DNA from: Candidatus Latescibacterota bacterium
GTDB lineage: Bacteria > Latescibacterota > UBA2968 > UBA8231
NCBI GenBank assembly: GCA_964291625.2
Contig: OZ220090.1
Coordinates: 160,001-224,000, forward strand
Length of the DNA stretch: 64,000 nt
Reading direction: 5' to 3'
Shown: positions 1 through 8,210 of the stretch, piece by piece
Layout: each line of letters begins with the position of its first letter
Position numbering within the stretch: the first letter of the stretch is position 1
The notes under the pieces: generated by a model
The model's database searches: none
What the model was told of the DNA's origin: nothing
The model's input: the letters and a program-made list of their open reading frames with translations, nothing else
Position numbers and translations under genes: made by a program

Positions 1-54
1 GGGCTCGGCGTCGAACCACTCGGCGCTGCGCAGCCTGCTCCGGGGGCCGGTCAC
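1..54 (-). CDS. 5' end of a possible IlvD/Edd-family (sugar-acid) dehydratase, runs off the window
   Basis: GTG at 54 just after the SDR stop reads MTGPRSRLRSAEWFDAEP. LRSxxWF is typical of IlvD/Edd dehydratase N-termini. Only 18 codons visible. Confidence 0.4.
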   Translation of the reverse strand, partial: MTGPRSRLRSAEWFDAEP

Positions 55-59
55 CGGTC

Positions 60-818
60 TCAGCGCGGCAGCCAGAAGCCGCCGTCGACGCGCAGGGCGG
101 CGCCGGTGACGTAGTCGGCGGCGTCGGAGGAGAGGAAGGCGGCGGCCTTGCCGATCTCGTCGGGCCGGCCCAGGCGCTTCCACGGCAGGGCCTCGCCCCC
201 GGCCCGCAGCTCCTCCTCGGTCGTGAACTGGCGTTCCCCGGGGGTGTCGGTCCAGCCCGGCTCGATGACGTTGACGCGGATGCGGTGGCCGGCCAGCTCG
301 CCGGCGATGGTGGAGGCGAGGTGGTTCATGCCGGCCTTGGCGGTGTTGTAGGGCGCCGAGGTGGGGAAGGGGATGAAGCCGAGGACGGAGCTGATGAAGA
401 GGATGTGGCCGCCGTGGCCCTCGGCGACCATCTGGCGGGCCCCGGCCTGGGCCGCGTGGAAGGCGCCCCACAAGGTGACGTCCAGGGTCCGGCGGGCCTC
501 GTCGACGTCGAGCTCGAGGAAGGGCTGGCGCTTCGAGTAGTAGGCGTTGGCCACGACGATGTCGAGGCGGCCGAGGGCGTCCACCGTGCCGGCGACCATG
601 GCGTCCACCGCATCGCGGTCGGAGACGTCGGCGCCGAAGGTCTCGGCCCGGCGACCGAGGGCGCGGACCTCGGCGGCCACCTCCTCGGCCTCGTCGGGGT
701 GGGAGCGGTAGTTGACGGCCACGTCGGCGCCGCAGCGGGCCATCTCCACGGCGCAGCCCCGGCCGATGCCCCGCGAAGCGCCGGTGACGAGGGCCACCTT
801 TCCGGACAGGTCGATCAC
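60..818 (-). CDS. Short-chain dehydrogenase/reductase (FabG/glucose-1-dehydrogenase-like)
   Basis: TGASRGIG Rossmann motif, YNTAK catalytic YxxxK, VNVIEPG, VDGG C-terminus. Start re-called to GTG 818 inside ORF 60..1817. Confidence 0.92.
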   Translation of the reverse strand: MIDLSGKVALVTGASRGIGRGCAVEMARCGADVAVNYRSHPDEAEEVAAEVRALGRRAETFGADVSDRDAVDAMVAGTVDALGRLDIVVANAYYSKRQPFLELDVDEARRTLDVTLWGAFHAAQAGARQMVAEGHGGHILFISSVLGFIPFPTSAPYNTAKAGMNHLASTIAGELAGHRIRVNVIEPGWTDTPGERQFTTEEELRAGGEALPWKRLGRPDEIGKAAAFLSSDAADYVTGAALRVDGGFWLPR

Positions 819-874
819 GGCGGGTAGACTACGGAAGGCCGCCCCCGTGGGCCAGTCCGGCGGCGGGCGTGGAC

Positions 875-2023
875 TCACCCGGCCACGGACATGCGGTGGC
901 GCTGCAGCAGCTCGTGGAAGTCGCGCCGGTCGAGGGGGTCGCCGCCAGCGGCGAAGAGGTGGCTGCCGCAGCCGCAGTCGGAGCACCCGAAGCCGGCCGC
1001 GGCCTCGGGGAAGAGGGCACCCACGCCGGCGGCCAGCTCGCACTCCAGGCGGCGCGACGACCGCACCGGCAGGGGCACGACCTCGGCGGCGGCGTCGCGG
1101 AGGTAGTCCACGTGCCAGTGGAACCGCTTCCTCTTCCGCCGGTGGCGCTCCAGGCGCGCCGTCAGGTTGGCCATGGCCGACCCCACGTAGACGTGCCAAC
1201 CCGCCGCGAAGGTGATCTCGCCCAGGCCGCCGACCCGCAGCCGGCGCCGCCGCGCCAGCCGCAGCAGCAGCAGGTAGGCGCCGCGGTCCTCGGCCTCGCG
1301 CCGCAGGTGGCCCCAGGGGATGTGGAGGAGGCGGGTCTCCTCGCGCAGGGTGAGGTCGCGGTTCCAGCCGACGGCCACGGGCAGGATCCGCACCCGCCGG
1401 CGCACCTCCAGCAGGGTCCGGCTGAAGGCCAGGTCGGTGTGGTAGTCGGGCAGGAACCAGCGCGCCGAGGGCGTGTGCACCACGAACAACACCGCTGGCC
1501 GCTCCCCGGGCCGGCGCGGCATCTCCGCCAGCTCCAGCAGGTGCCGCCGGCCGCGCTCGGTGACGGCGTCGGGGAACATGGCCCCGCCGTTGCCGTAGAG
1601 GGTGCAGGACTTGACCTCCAGCCACAGCCGGCGGCTGCCCCGCCGCAGCACGAAGTCGAAGCGGCTGCGCCCGGCGGTCACCTCCGCGCCGGCGATGCGC
1701 CAGCCGCCCAGCCCGGGGACGCGGCCGCTCTCCAGCAGGTGGCGGGCCACGGCGTTGGTGCGGTGGGTGTGGAGGAAGAGGGTCTCGCCGCCGCGCTCGA
1801 CGGCGACGCAGGTCCACCTCGTGCGGCGGGCTCCGCCGGCCGGCGCCGGCACCAGGGTCAGCTCGACCCCGGGGAAGAGCAGCTCGTCCATGCGGCCGGG
1901 GTTGGGAAGGAAGGCCTGGAGGCGCCTCCCGTCGTGCAGGCGGCAGCGCACGAGGAAGCGGTTCGGGCGGTCGACGAAGGCGGCCCGCACCAGGGGCCCG
2001 TCCACGAAGGGGCCGGCGGTCAC
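875..2023 (-). CDS. sfsA: SfsA DNA/RNA nuclease fused to a C-terminal DUF123 (GIY-YIG-like) domain
   Basis: SfsA motifs RPNRF, LPNPGRM, SRFDF, EVKSCTL, FPDAVTERGRRHL. C-terminal YVGSA..RLERH..HWHVDYL..EC..FGCSDCGCGSHL. GTG start 2023 overlaps the NUDIX stop. Confidence 0.88.
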   Translation of the reverse strand: MTAGPFVDGPLVRAAFVDRPNRFLVRCRLHDGRRLQAFLPNPGRMDELLFPGVELTLVPAPAGGARRTRWTCVAVERGGETLFLHTHRTNAVARHLLESGRVPGLGGWRIAGAEVTAGRSRFDFVLRRGSRRLWLEVKSCTLYGNGGAMFPDAVTERGRRHLLELAEMPRRPGERPAVLFVVHTPSARWFLPDYHTDLAFSRTLLEVRRRVRILPVAVGWNRDLTLREETRLLHIPWGHLRREAEDRGAYLLLLRLARRRRLRVGGLGEITFAAGWHVYVGSAMANLTARLERHRRKRKRFHWHVDYLRDAAAEVVPLPVRSSRRLECELAAGVGALFPEAAAGFGCSDCGCGSHLFAAGGDPLDRRDFHELLQRHRMSVAG

Positions 2024-2622
2024 TGACGATCCAGGGCCGCCAGCTCGCCCAGGGAGAGGGTGAACCGGTAGGTGAGCCCCCACAGGAGCGGGCGGCCGGG
2101 GCCGAGCAGGTCGAGGGCGGGGAAGCGGTGCTCGGCCGACCCCCGCCGCAGCCGGTGCTCGCGGAGCCGGCGGCGGTCGAAGAACTCGGGCAGGGGAACC
2201 CAGAAGGCCTCGGTGACCTCGTGGGAGAGGGACAGGGCGGGGACGGCCGCCGACTCGATGGAGTAGACGAAGGCGGCCACGGTCATGGGCAGCAGGGTGG
2301 CGGAGATGTCGTCGAGGCGGCCGAGGAAGCGGGCGCCGGCCAGATCGACGGCGGTCTCCTCGGCGGTCTCGCGTTCGGCGGCGGCGCGCTCGTCGGCGTC
2401 TCCGGGCTCCACCCGGCCCCCGGGGAAGGCCAGATCGCCGGACCACGGATCTCCCTCCCGCCGGGCGCGCTCGATCACCAGCAGCCGGGGCGCCATCTCG
2501 CCGGCCGACTCGTGGAGGAGCAGGACCACCGCGGCGCGGTCACCGGCCCCGGGGCGCAGCACGGGCTCGCGGCTGGCGAGCGCCTCGGCGATGCGGGGGA
2601 CGGTCAGAGTGAACCCGCTCAC
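2020..2622 (-). CDS. NUDIX hydrolase, CoA pyrophosphatase (NudL-like)
   Basis: AAVVLLL, RA..GDPWSGDLAFPGGRVEPGD..AAERETAEE Nudix box, LWGLT motif. Confidence 0.9.
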   Translation of the reverse strand: MSGFTLTVPRIAEALASREPVLRPGAGDRAAVVLLLHESAGEMAPRLLVIERARREGDPWSGDLAFPGGRVEPGDADERAAAERETAEETAVDLAGARFLGRLDDISATLLPMTVAAFVYSIESAAVPALSLSHEVTEAFWVPLPEFFDRRRLREHRLRRGSAEHRFPALDLLGPGRPLLWGLTYRFTLSLGELAALDRQ

Positions 2623-3098
2623 GGCTTACCGCCCGGGGCCCCACCCACGGGCTCGCAGCTGGAGGGCTCGCCGGTCCGGCGCACGGTCAGGGTGAGCCAG
2701 CTCACGTTTCACCGCCCCCGCGGCGCAACACGGGTGGCACCGCCGGCAGGGTCGGGATGAGCCCGCTCACGGCTCGCCGCCCCGGGAGCGACCCAGGGCT
2801 CGCGGCCAGCGAGAGCCTCGGCCATGTGCGGGACGGTCACGGTGAGCCGCACCGCCCCCGCGGCCAACCCACGGACTCGCAAGCGGGAGGGCTCGCCGAT
2901 GCGGCGGCCGGCCAGGGTGGGCCCGCTCACGGCCCACTGCCCCGGGGCCGATCCACGGACTCGCGGCTGGCGAGTGTTTCGGCTGCGCGGCACGGTCACG
3001 GTGAGCCCCGGCGGATCACCGCCCCGATGGTGACCCACGGGCTTGCAGCCGGCGGGTGCCGCGGCGATGCAGGGGAGGGTCAGGACGGGGTCGGCCAC
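2541..3098. repeat. Degenerate tandem array of about 7 units (about 65-86 bp) copying the first ~27 codons of the NUDIX gene
   Basis: Recurring + strand unit: cc(c)ggggc..acgg(g/a)ctcgc..cggtca(g/c)ggtgagcc(c)gctcac. Approximate units at 2541-2622, 2623-2705, 2706-2770, 2771-2852, 2851-2930, 2931-3012, 3013-3098. Confidence 0.8.
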
Positions 3099-3101
3099 AC
3101 C

Positions 3102-6100
3102 TCACTCGCCCTTCAGGGCCGGCAGCAGGTCACGGCGCAGGGCCAGGCGCACGGCGGCGGCGTTGGCCGCCCATCCAGCCGCCAGGACCAGCCCCAGGGT
3201 CGACCCGAGGGAGGCCCACGGCAGGCTCGGGCCCAGGTGCGGCAGGCTGGCCACGGCCGCGGCCAGGGCCCCCAGGCCGATGCCGCCCAGCAGCAGCAGA
3301 CCGGTTTCCCAGAACAGCAGCCGCGCCAGCCGGCGGCGGCGGAAGCCGAAGGCCTGCAGCGCCGCCAGCTCGCGGCGCCGCTCGAAGGCGTTGCGCAGCA
3401 GCAGCAGGCCGAGGCCGACGGTGCCCAGCAGCAGGCCCAGTCCGCCGAGGCTCTGGAAGGTGGACAGGTAGGTCGTCTCGATCTCGAGGAAGCGGGCCAG
3501 CCGGTCGGCGGCGGGGGCGGCGTCGAAGCCGAAGTCGCGCAGGCCGCGCTCGAGGCCGGCGATCAGCGCCGGGGCTCGGGACTCGTCCGGCGTCTCCACG
3601 AGGAAGAAGCCGTACCCGGTCCGCTCCGGGAAGAGCCGTTCGAAGGCGGCTTCCGAGATCACCACCTCGCTCTGGAGGATCGACCTCTGCAGCAGGGCCA
3701 CCAGGCGCAGCCGCACGGGCCGGCCCGCGGCGTCCTCGATGGCAATCTCCTCCCCCAGGCCCCGGTGCAGGATCCACTGGGCCGAGTTGGCGTCGGCCAC
3801 CGCGGCCACCACCCCCGGGCCGAGGTCCTCCTCCAGCAGCCGCCAGGGATTGCCGTCCATGTGCGGGGCCAGGGGCCGATGGGAGGCGAAGGGGAAGCGG
3901 CCGGCCTCGATCAGGTCCGGCGGCGCTCCCAGCAGCCGCGGCCGCCCGGGCCGGTAGAGGTTCAGGCAGCTCACGTCCTCGCCGGGCAGGGACCGCAGCT
4001 GCACGATCCGGGCGCCTTCCAGGCTCTCGTCCAGGGAGGCGGGCAGTCCCAGCCCCCGGCGGACCCCGGCGTCGTTGAGGTCGCCGTGCACGGGCAGGTC
4101 CGACTCGGCGGCGATCGAGTAACCCCCGGCCCCCGGCGGCAGTCGGCTGTCCGATGCAACTGTCGGCCGGTGGGCGCCGACAGCGGCGATGACGAAGACG
4201 GCGCACGCCACCAGGCTGACGGCGGTGAGGCTGCGGCCGGGGTGGCGGCGGATGTTGCGGGCCCCGGCGGCGGCCAGCGATCCGGAACGCCCCGGGCGGG
4301 AAGAGGGTGCAGGCGCCTGCCGCAGCCACCGGGAGAGCCGGGCCAGCCCGGCCAGCAGCAGCAGGGCCCCGGCGGCGAAGAACAGGCCGGCGCGGATGCC
4401 CGGGGAGGCGGTGCTGCTGACGGCGGCGCCGGCGACCAGGGCGAGGGCGGCCAGGGCCGCCGCCGGCGCCAGCACGCGGGCGGCGCGGCCCCTCCCCCGG
4501 GCAGGCGACTCCACCTCCCCGGCGAGCAGGGCGCGCGCCGGCGTGCGCCCGAGGCGCCGCAGGGTGAGCACCATGGCCGCCAGGACCGCCGTCAGGGACA
4601 GCAGGGCGCCGGAGGCCAGGGTCCCGGCCGCCAGGTGCAGATGCAGGGCGGAGGTCCCCACGGCGGCCTGCCACCAGGTGCGCAGGCCCGCCATCATCAG
4701 CCAGCCGTACCCGGCGGCGCCGGCCAGGCCGAGGACGCAGCCGCCGCCGGCGACGACCAGGGCCTCGGCCATCAGCCGCCGGCGCACCGCCCCCGGAGGG
4801 AACCCGGCCGCCAGGAGCAGGCCGGCCTCGCCGGCCCTCTGCTCCACCCCCAGACGGAAGAGGAGCCCCGTGAGCAGGGCGGCCGCCGCGATCAGGAACA
4901 GGCTGAAGCCGAGGAAGAGTCCCCCGAAGTCGGTGGCCCCTTCGGCCGCGGCCAGCCCCTCGGCGCGCAGGGGACGCACCTCGTACCCGGCGGCCGCGGA
5001 CCCCGCCTCCTCGAGCAGGGCCTCCTCGAAACGCCGGGCCGCGCTCTCCAGGCTCTCGCCCTCCGGCGCCCGCAGCCGCACCGAGGTCAGCTCCCCGAAG
5101 CGGCTGGAGAACAGCGCCCGGCCTGCCTCGCGGGAGAGGAACGCCTTGGGGGCGGCCCGGTAGTGGTCCCAGTAGTCCTCGTCCCGCGGCCGGATGCGGT
5201 CCATGTCGACGGGGAAGGGCGCCGACCAGTCCGAGATGTCGTCGGTCCCTCCGATCCCCGGGTACTCCGGGGTCAGGGCCGGGTCCGCCCCCAGGCCGGC
5301 CATCTCCACGCCCCCGGAAATCCCGAGGACCGCCCGGCGCTCGATCAGCTCCTCCCGGGGGCCGAAGCCGTAGTAGTGGAGGACCGCCTCGTCGCCGGCC
5401 CCGGCCTGCAGGTCCCGCGCCGCCCAGTCGTTGAGGACGAGTCCCGCCCCGGCGGGCGGCACGGGCCCCCAGCTCCCGGGTGGATCAGCCTCCAGGGCGG
5501 CGATCGTCGAGTACGGCAGCGAGCGCTCCCCGACGTCGATGGCGTTGGCGAGGTAGGTGGAGACGGCGAGGCTTGGCAGTCCCAGGCGGCGGGCGGCGCC
5601 CAGGACGCTCTCCCCGAGAGAGTGGTCGAGGACGAACCGCCGGCTCTCCAGGGCCAGGTGGTCCCCCCGGCGGTGCAGGACCAGGTCGAGGTCGGAGAGC
5701 CCCAGGGCTTCGTCGAGGCGCCGGCGCAGAGCTGCCGGGCCGGAGGGCTCCTCCTCGGCGGATGGGGGCACCAGCAGGAGATCGGCGCGCCCCTGCAGAC
5801 CCAGGACTCGCTGCAGCTCCCCGAGGCGGGCGAAGAGGGTGCGCGGCGCCCGCTGGTGCGTCTCCAGGGCGAAGCGGCCGGGCCCGCGGTCGGGGATCAC
5901 CCCGGCCACCTCGCAGCGCAGGCGGCGCAGCAGCTCCTCCGGCCGGCGGCGCCCGAAGAGGGCCTCCGGGTTCACCTCGGCGGGACGCTGCAGGCTCAGC
6001 AGCAGGACGTCGCCCGGGGACGCGCCGAGTTCCCGCGCCAGGCTCGCGGTGAGCAGCACCGCGGGAGAGCCCGCGCTCCTGGCCGGAGTCTCCTCCAGGA

Positions 6101-6455
6101 AGGCGCGAAGGGCGTCGGCGGCCTCCCCCGGGAAGAGTTCGGCGAAGCGGCCGTCCACGCCGAGGACCTGGACCCTGCCCGCCCGGGCGCCGGAGCCGGT
6201 GTGGGCGGCGGAACCGGGCCGGAGCAGGACCGGCGCCGTGCCCGCGGGCAGTTCCGAGGCCAGGCCGGCGCGAAGGGAGCGGTCCCTGACGACGGCATGC
6301 TCGATGCGGCCCAGACGCTCCAGGGTCAGGCCCCGCAGGCTGGCCCGCACCGAGTCGCCCACGACCAGGGCCCCCGCGAGCACGGCCGTGCAGACCGCCG
6401 CGGCCAGGGCGGTGGCGGCGTGGACGCGCCGGTAGTGGATCAGGCTTCGGAGCAC
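3102..6455 (-). CDS. Large ABC transporter permease with duplicated FtsX/MacB-type halves
   Basis: About 1117 aa from GTG 6455 (MLRSLIHYRR). Two TM bundles with EQRAGEAGLLLAAGF and ERRRELAALQAFGF motifs, and two large periplasmic domains. Confidence 0.9.
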   Translation of the reverse strand: MLRSLIHYRRVHAATALAAAVCTAVLAGALVVGDSVRASLRGLTLERLGRIEHAVVRDRSLRAGLASELPAGTAPVLLRPGSAAHTGSGARAGRVQVLGVDGRFAELFPGEAADALRAFLEETPARSAGSPAVLLTASLARELGASPGDVLLLSLQRPAEVNPEALFGRRRPEELLRRLRCEVAGVIPDRGPGRFALETHQRAPRTLFARLGELQRVLGLQGRADLLLVPPSAEEEPSGPAALRRRLDEALGLSDLDLVLHRRGDHLALESRRFVLDHSLGESVLGAARRLGLPSLAVSTYLANAIDVGERSLPYSTIAALEADPPGSWGPVPPAGAGLVLNDWAARDLQAGAGDEAVLHYYGFGPREELIERRAVLGISGGVEMAGLGADPALTPEYPGIGGTDDISDWSAPFPVDMDRIRPRDEDYWDHYRAAPKAFLSREAGRALFSSRFGELTSVRLRAPEGESLESAARRFEEALLEEAGSAAAGYEVRPLRAEGLAAAEGATDFGGLFLGFSLFLIAAAALLTGLLFRLGVEQRAGEAGLLLAAGFPPGAVRRRLMAEALVVAGGGCVLGLAGAAGYGWLMMAGLRTWWQAAVGTSALHLHLAAGTLASGALLSLTAVLAAMVLTLRRLGRTPARALLAGEVESPARGRGRAARVLAPAAALAALALVAGAAVSSTASPGIRAGLFFAAGALLLLAGLARLSRWLRQAPAPSSRPGRSGSLAAAGARNIRRHPGRSLTAVSLVACAVFVIAAVGAHRPTVASDSRLPPGAGGYSIAAESDLPVHGDLNDAGVRRGLGLPASLDESLEGARIVQLRSLPGEDVSCLNLYRPGRPRLLGAPPDLIEAGRFPFASHRPLAPHMDGNPWRLLEEDLGPGVVAAVADANSAQWILHRGLGEEIAIEDAAGRPVRLRLVALLQRSILQSEVVISEAAFERLFPERTGYGFFLVETPDESRAPALIAGLERGLRDFGFDAAPAADRLARFLEIETTYLSTFQSLGGLGLLLGTVGLGLLLLRNAFERRRELAALQAFGFRRRRLARLLFWETGLLLLGGIGLGALAAAVASLPHLGPSLPWASLGSTLGLVLAAGWAANAAAVRLALRRDLLPALKGE

Positions 6456-7138
6456 CGTCCGTCGCGCAGCTCGAGGACGCGGTCGCAGCGCCGGGCCAGC
6501 CCCTCGTGGTGGGTGGCCAGCAGGAGGAGGGCGCCCTCCTGCCCGTGGAGCTCGAAGATCAGGTCGGCCACGGACCCGGCCGTGGTCCGGTCGAGGCTGC
6601 CCGTGGGCTCGTCGCACAGCAGCAGCCGCGGCCGCCGGACCAGGGCCCGGGCCACGGCCGCCCGTTGGCGCTCGCCGCCGGAGAGCTGTCCCGGCCGGTG
6701 TCCGAGGCGGTGGGAGAGGCCGACGCGCTCGATCAGCTCCCGGGCGCGCTCCTCGTCCTCCTCGCCGGGCTCTCCGAAGGCGAGGGTGGGGATCAGCACG
6801 TTCTCGAGCACGTCGAGCTGCGGCAGCAGGTGGTGCTCCTGGAAGACGAAGCCGACCGCGTCGTTGCGGAAGCGGGCCAGCTCCCTCTCGCCGAGGGCGA
6901 AGGGGTCGACACCATCGACTTCGAGGCCGCCGGCGCTCGGTTCGTCGAGGGTCCCGACCAGGTGCAGGAGGGTGCTCTTGCCCGACCCGGAGGGGCCGGT
7001 GACCGCCACCGAGGCGCCGGCCTCCACCGCCAGGTCGATCTCGACGAGGACGGGCACCTCGCCGTCGGCGCCCTCGAAGGACTTGCTCAGCCGGCGCAGG
7101 AGAAGGGCCGGCGGGCGGGGTTCCTCCGGGCCGGGCAC
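6440..7138 (-). CDS. ABC transporter ATP-binding protein (LolD/MacB-like)
   Basis: GPSGSGKST, GFVFQ, LSGGERQR, LLCDEPTG, ATH. Confidence 0.95.
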   Translation of the reverse strand: MPGPEEPRPPALLLRRLSKSFEGADGEVPVLVEIDLAVEAGASVAVTGPSGSGKSTLLHLVGTLDEPSAGGLEVDGVDPFALGERELARFRNDAVGFVFQEHHLLPQLDVLENVLIPTLAFGEPGEEDEERARELIERVGLSHRLGHRPGQLSGGERQRAAVARALVRRPRLLLCDEPTGSLDRTTAGSVADLIFELHGQEGALLLLATHHEGLARRCDRVLELRDGRCSEA

Positions 7139-7299
7139 CTAATGCCTGGGCGCGCCGGCCCGCGAACGAAGGGGGGCGCCGAGGCGCCCGGCTCGCAGGA
7201 CGCGCCGCGGAGACGGGCAGGGGACCCGCCGACAGGGCCCTGCGCCGCGCCCGGGGAGGCACCGGCCGACGAACTCACCCGGGACCGAGGGGGCAGGCA

Positions 7300-7722
7300 T
7301 CAGGAGGGCCTGTGCTCCCTGATCCGGGAGGTGAAGGCCTTGGGGATCGGAACCGCCTTGAAGGATCCGTCCTCCCCGCACAGACAGCAGACCGAGGCGA
7401 TCTCGCCGCGGGCCACGGGCCGGCCGCCGCGGGTGAACTCGACAGCATAGGTCACCACTTTCTCGCCCTTGCGCTTCACCGTGAGATGGACCTCGACCTC
7501 CTCCTCGAAACGCACCGGCTCGAGGAACTCGCACGACGCCGACAGCCGCGGCCAGCCGAGACGGCGGCCCTCCAGCTGCATGTGCACCGACAGGCCCAGG
7601 GAGCGCAGGAAGGCGTGCTCGGCCTGCTCCATGAAGACGTAGAACCGCGAGAAGTGGGCGATGCCGGCCGCGTCGGTGTCCTCGAACTCGATGCGGCGGG
7701 TGGTGCGGAACTCGGAGGCCAC
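7300..7722 (-). CDS. Acyl-CoA thioesterase (YbgC/4HBT hot-dog fold)
   Basis: RIEFEDTDAAGIAHFSRF motif, 140 aa. Confidence 0.9.
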   Translation of the reverse strand: MASEFRTTRRIEFEDTDAAGIAHFSRFYVFMEQAEHAFLRSLGLSVHMQLEGRRLGWPRLSASCEFLEPVRFEEEVEVHLTVKRKGEKVVTYAVEFTRGGRPVARGEIASVCCLCGEDGSFKAVPIPKAFTSRIREHRPS

Positions 7723-7726
7723 GGGG

Positions 7727-8191
7727 TCAGGTGGGACGGAAGAGGGTGACCAGGCAGCCGCCCGCGGCGGCCATCAGGATGCCGAGGACGAAGGGCCAGT
7801 TGAGGGCGCCGCCGGCCGGCGGGTGCACGGCCATGGCCAGGACTGCGTTGACCACGGGCGCCCCGGCGAAGACGAGGGACATGACCACCGCGGGCGAGCC
7901 CTTGGCCCCGAAGGCCAGCAGGATGCCGAGGGCGCCCACGGCGCCCGCGATCCCGGCCAGGGTCGACCAGGTGACGCCAGCCGCGGGCATGCCCTGCAAC
8001 TGGGCGCCGTTGATCTTCAGCACGATCAGCGAGCCGAGGACGGCCACCACCAAGTAGGCGGCGCCGACGAAGAGGAAGGCCTGGAAGCGGCCGTTCACCG
8101 GATCGCCCATGGCGGTCACCCCGGTGTGGAGCAGAACGCCGTAGGTCCCCCAGAAGAGCACGGTCATCAGCGCGAAGAGCAGCCACGTCAT
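7727..8191 (-). CDS. Small integral membrane protein (DMT/EamA-like, about 5 TM)
   Basis: Hydrophobic helices, WLLFAL..FWG..G N-terminus, LVFAGAPVVN. Confidence 0.75.
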   Translation of the reverse strand: MTWLLFALMTVLFWGTYGVLLHTGVTAMGDPVNGRFQAFLFVGAAYLVVAVLGSLIVLKINGAQLQGMPAAGVTWSTLAGIAGAVGALGILLAFGAKGSPAVVMSLVFAGAPVVNAVLAMAVHPPAGGALNWPFVLGILMAAAGGCLVTLFRPT

Positions 8192-8210
8192 GGTGCGTTC
8201 CTCCCTCGGG

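Noticed and set aside
2541-3098. CRISPR array interpretation of the ~80-bp periodic repeat
   Set aside because: No invariant repeat with unique spacers. Units are homologous along their whole length to the NUDIX 5' end, and no cas genes are in the window.
2757-7142. 1461-aa plus-strand ORF and many other long Arg/Pro/Gly-rich ORFs (e.g. 8188-10719, 32307-34763, 35997-38726, 42735-45878)
   Set aside because: Shadow frames of real genes in very GC-rich DNA. No recognisable motifs, and they overlap well-supported genes.
7139-7300. Possible small ORF or gene remnant between the thioesterase and ABC ATPase
   Set aside because: 53-codon GC-rich frame with no recognisable motif or similarity to neighbours.
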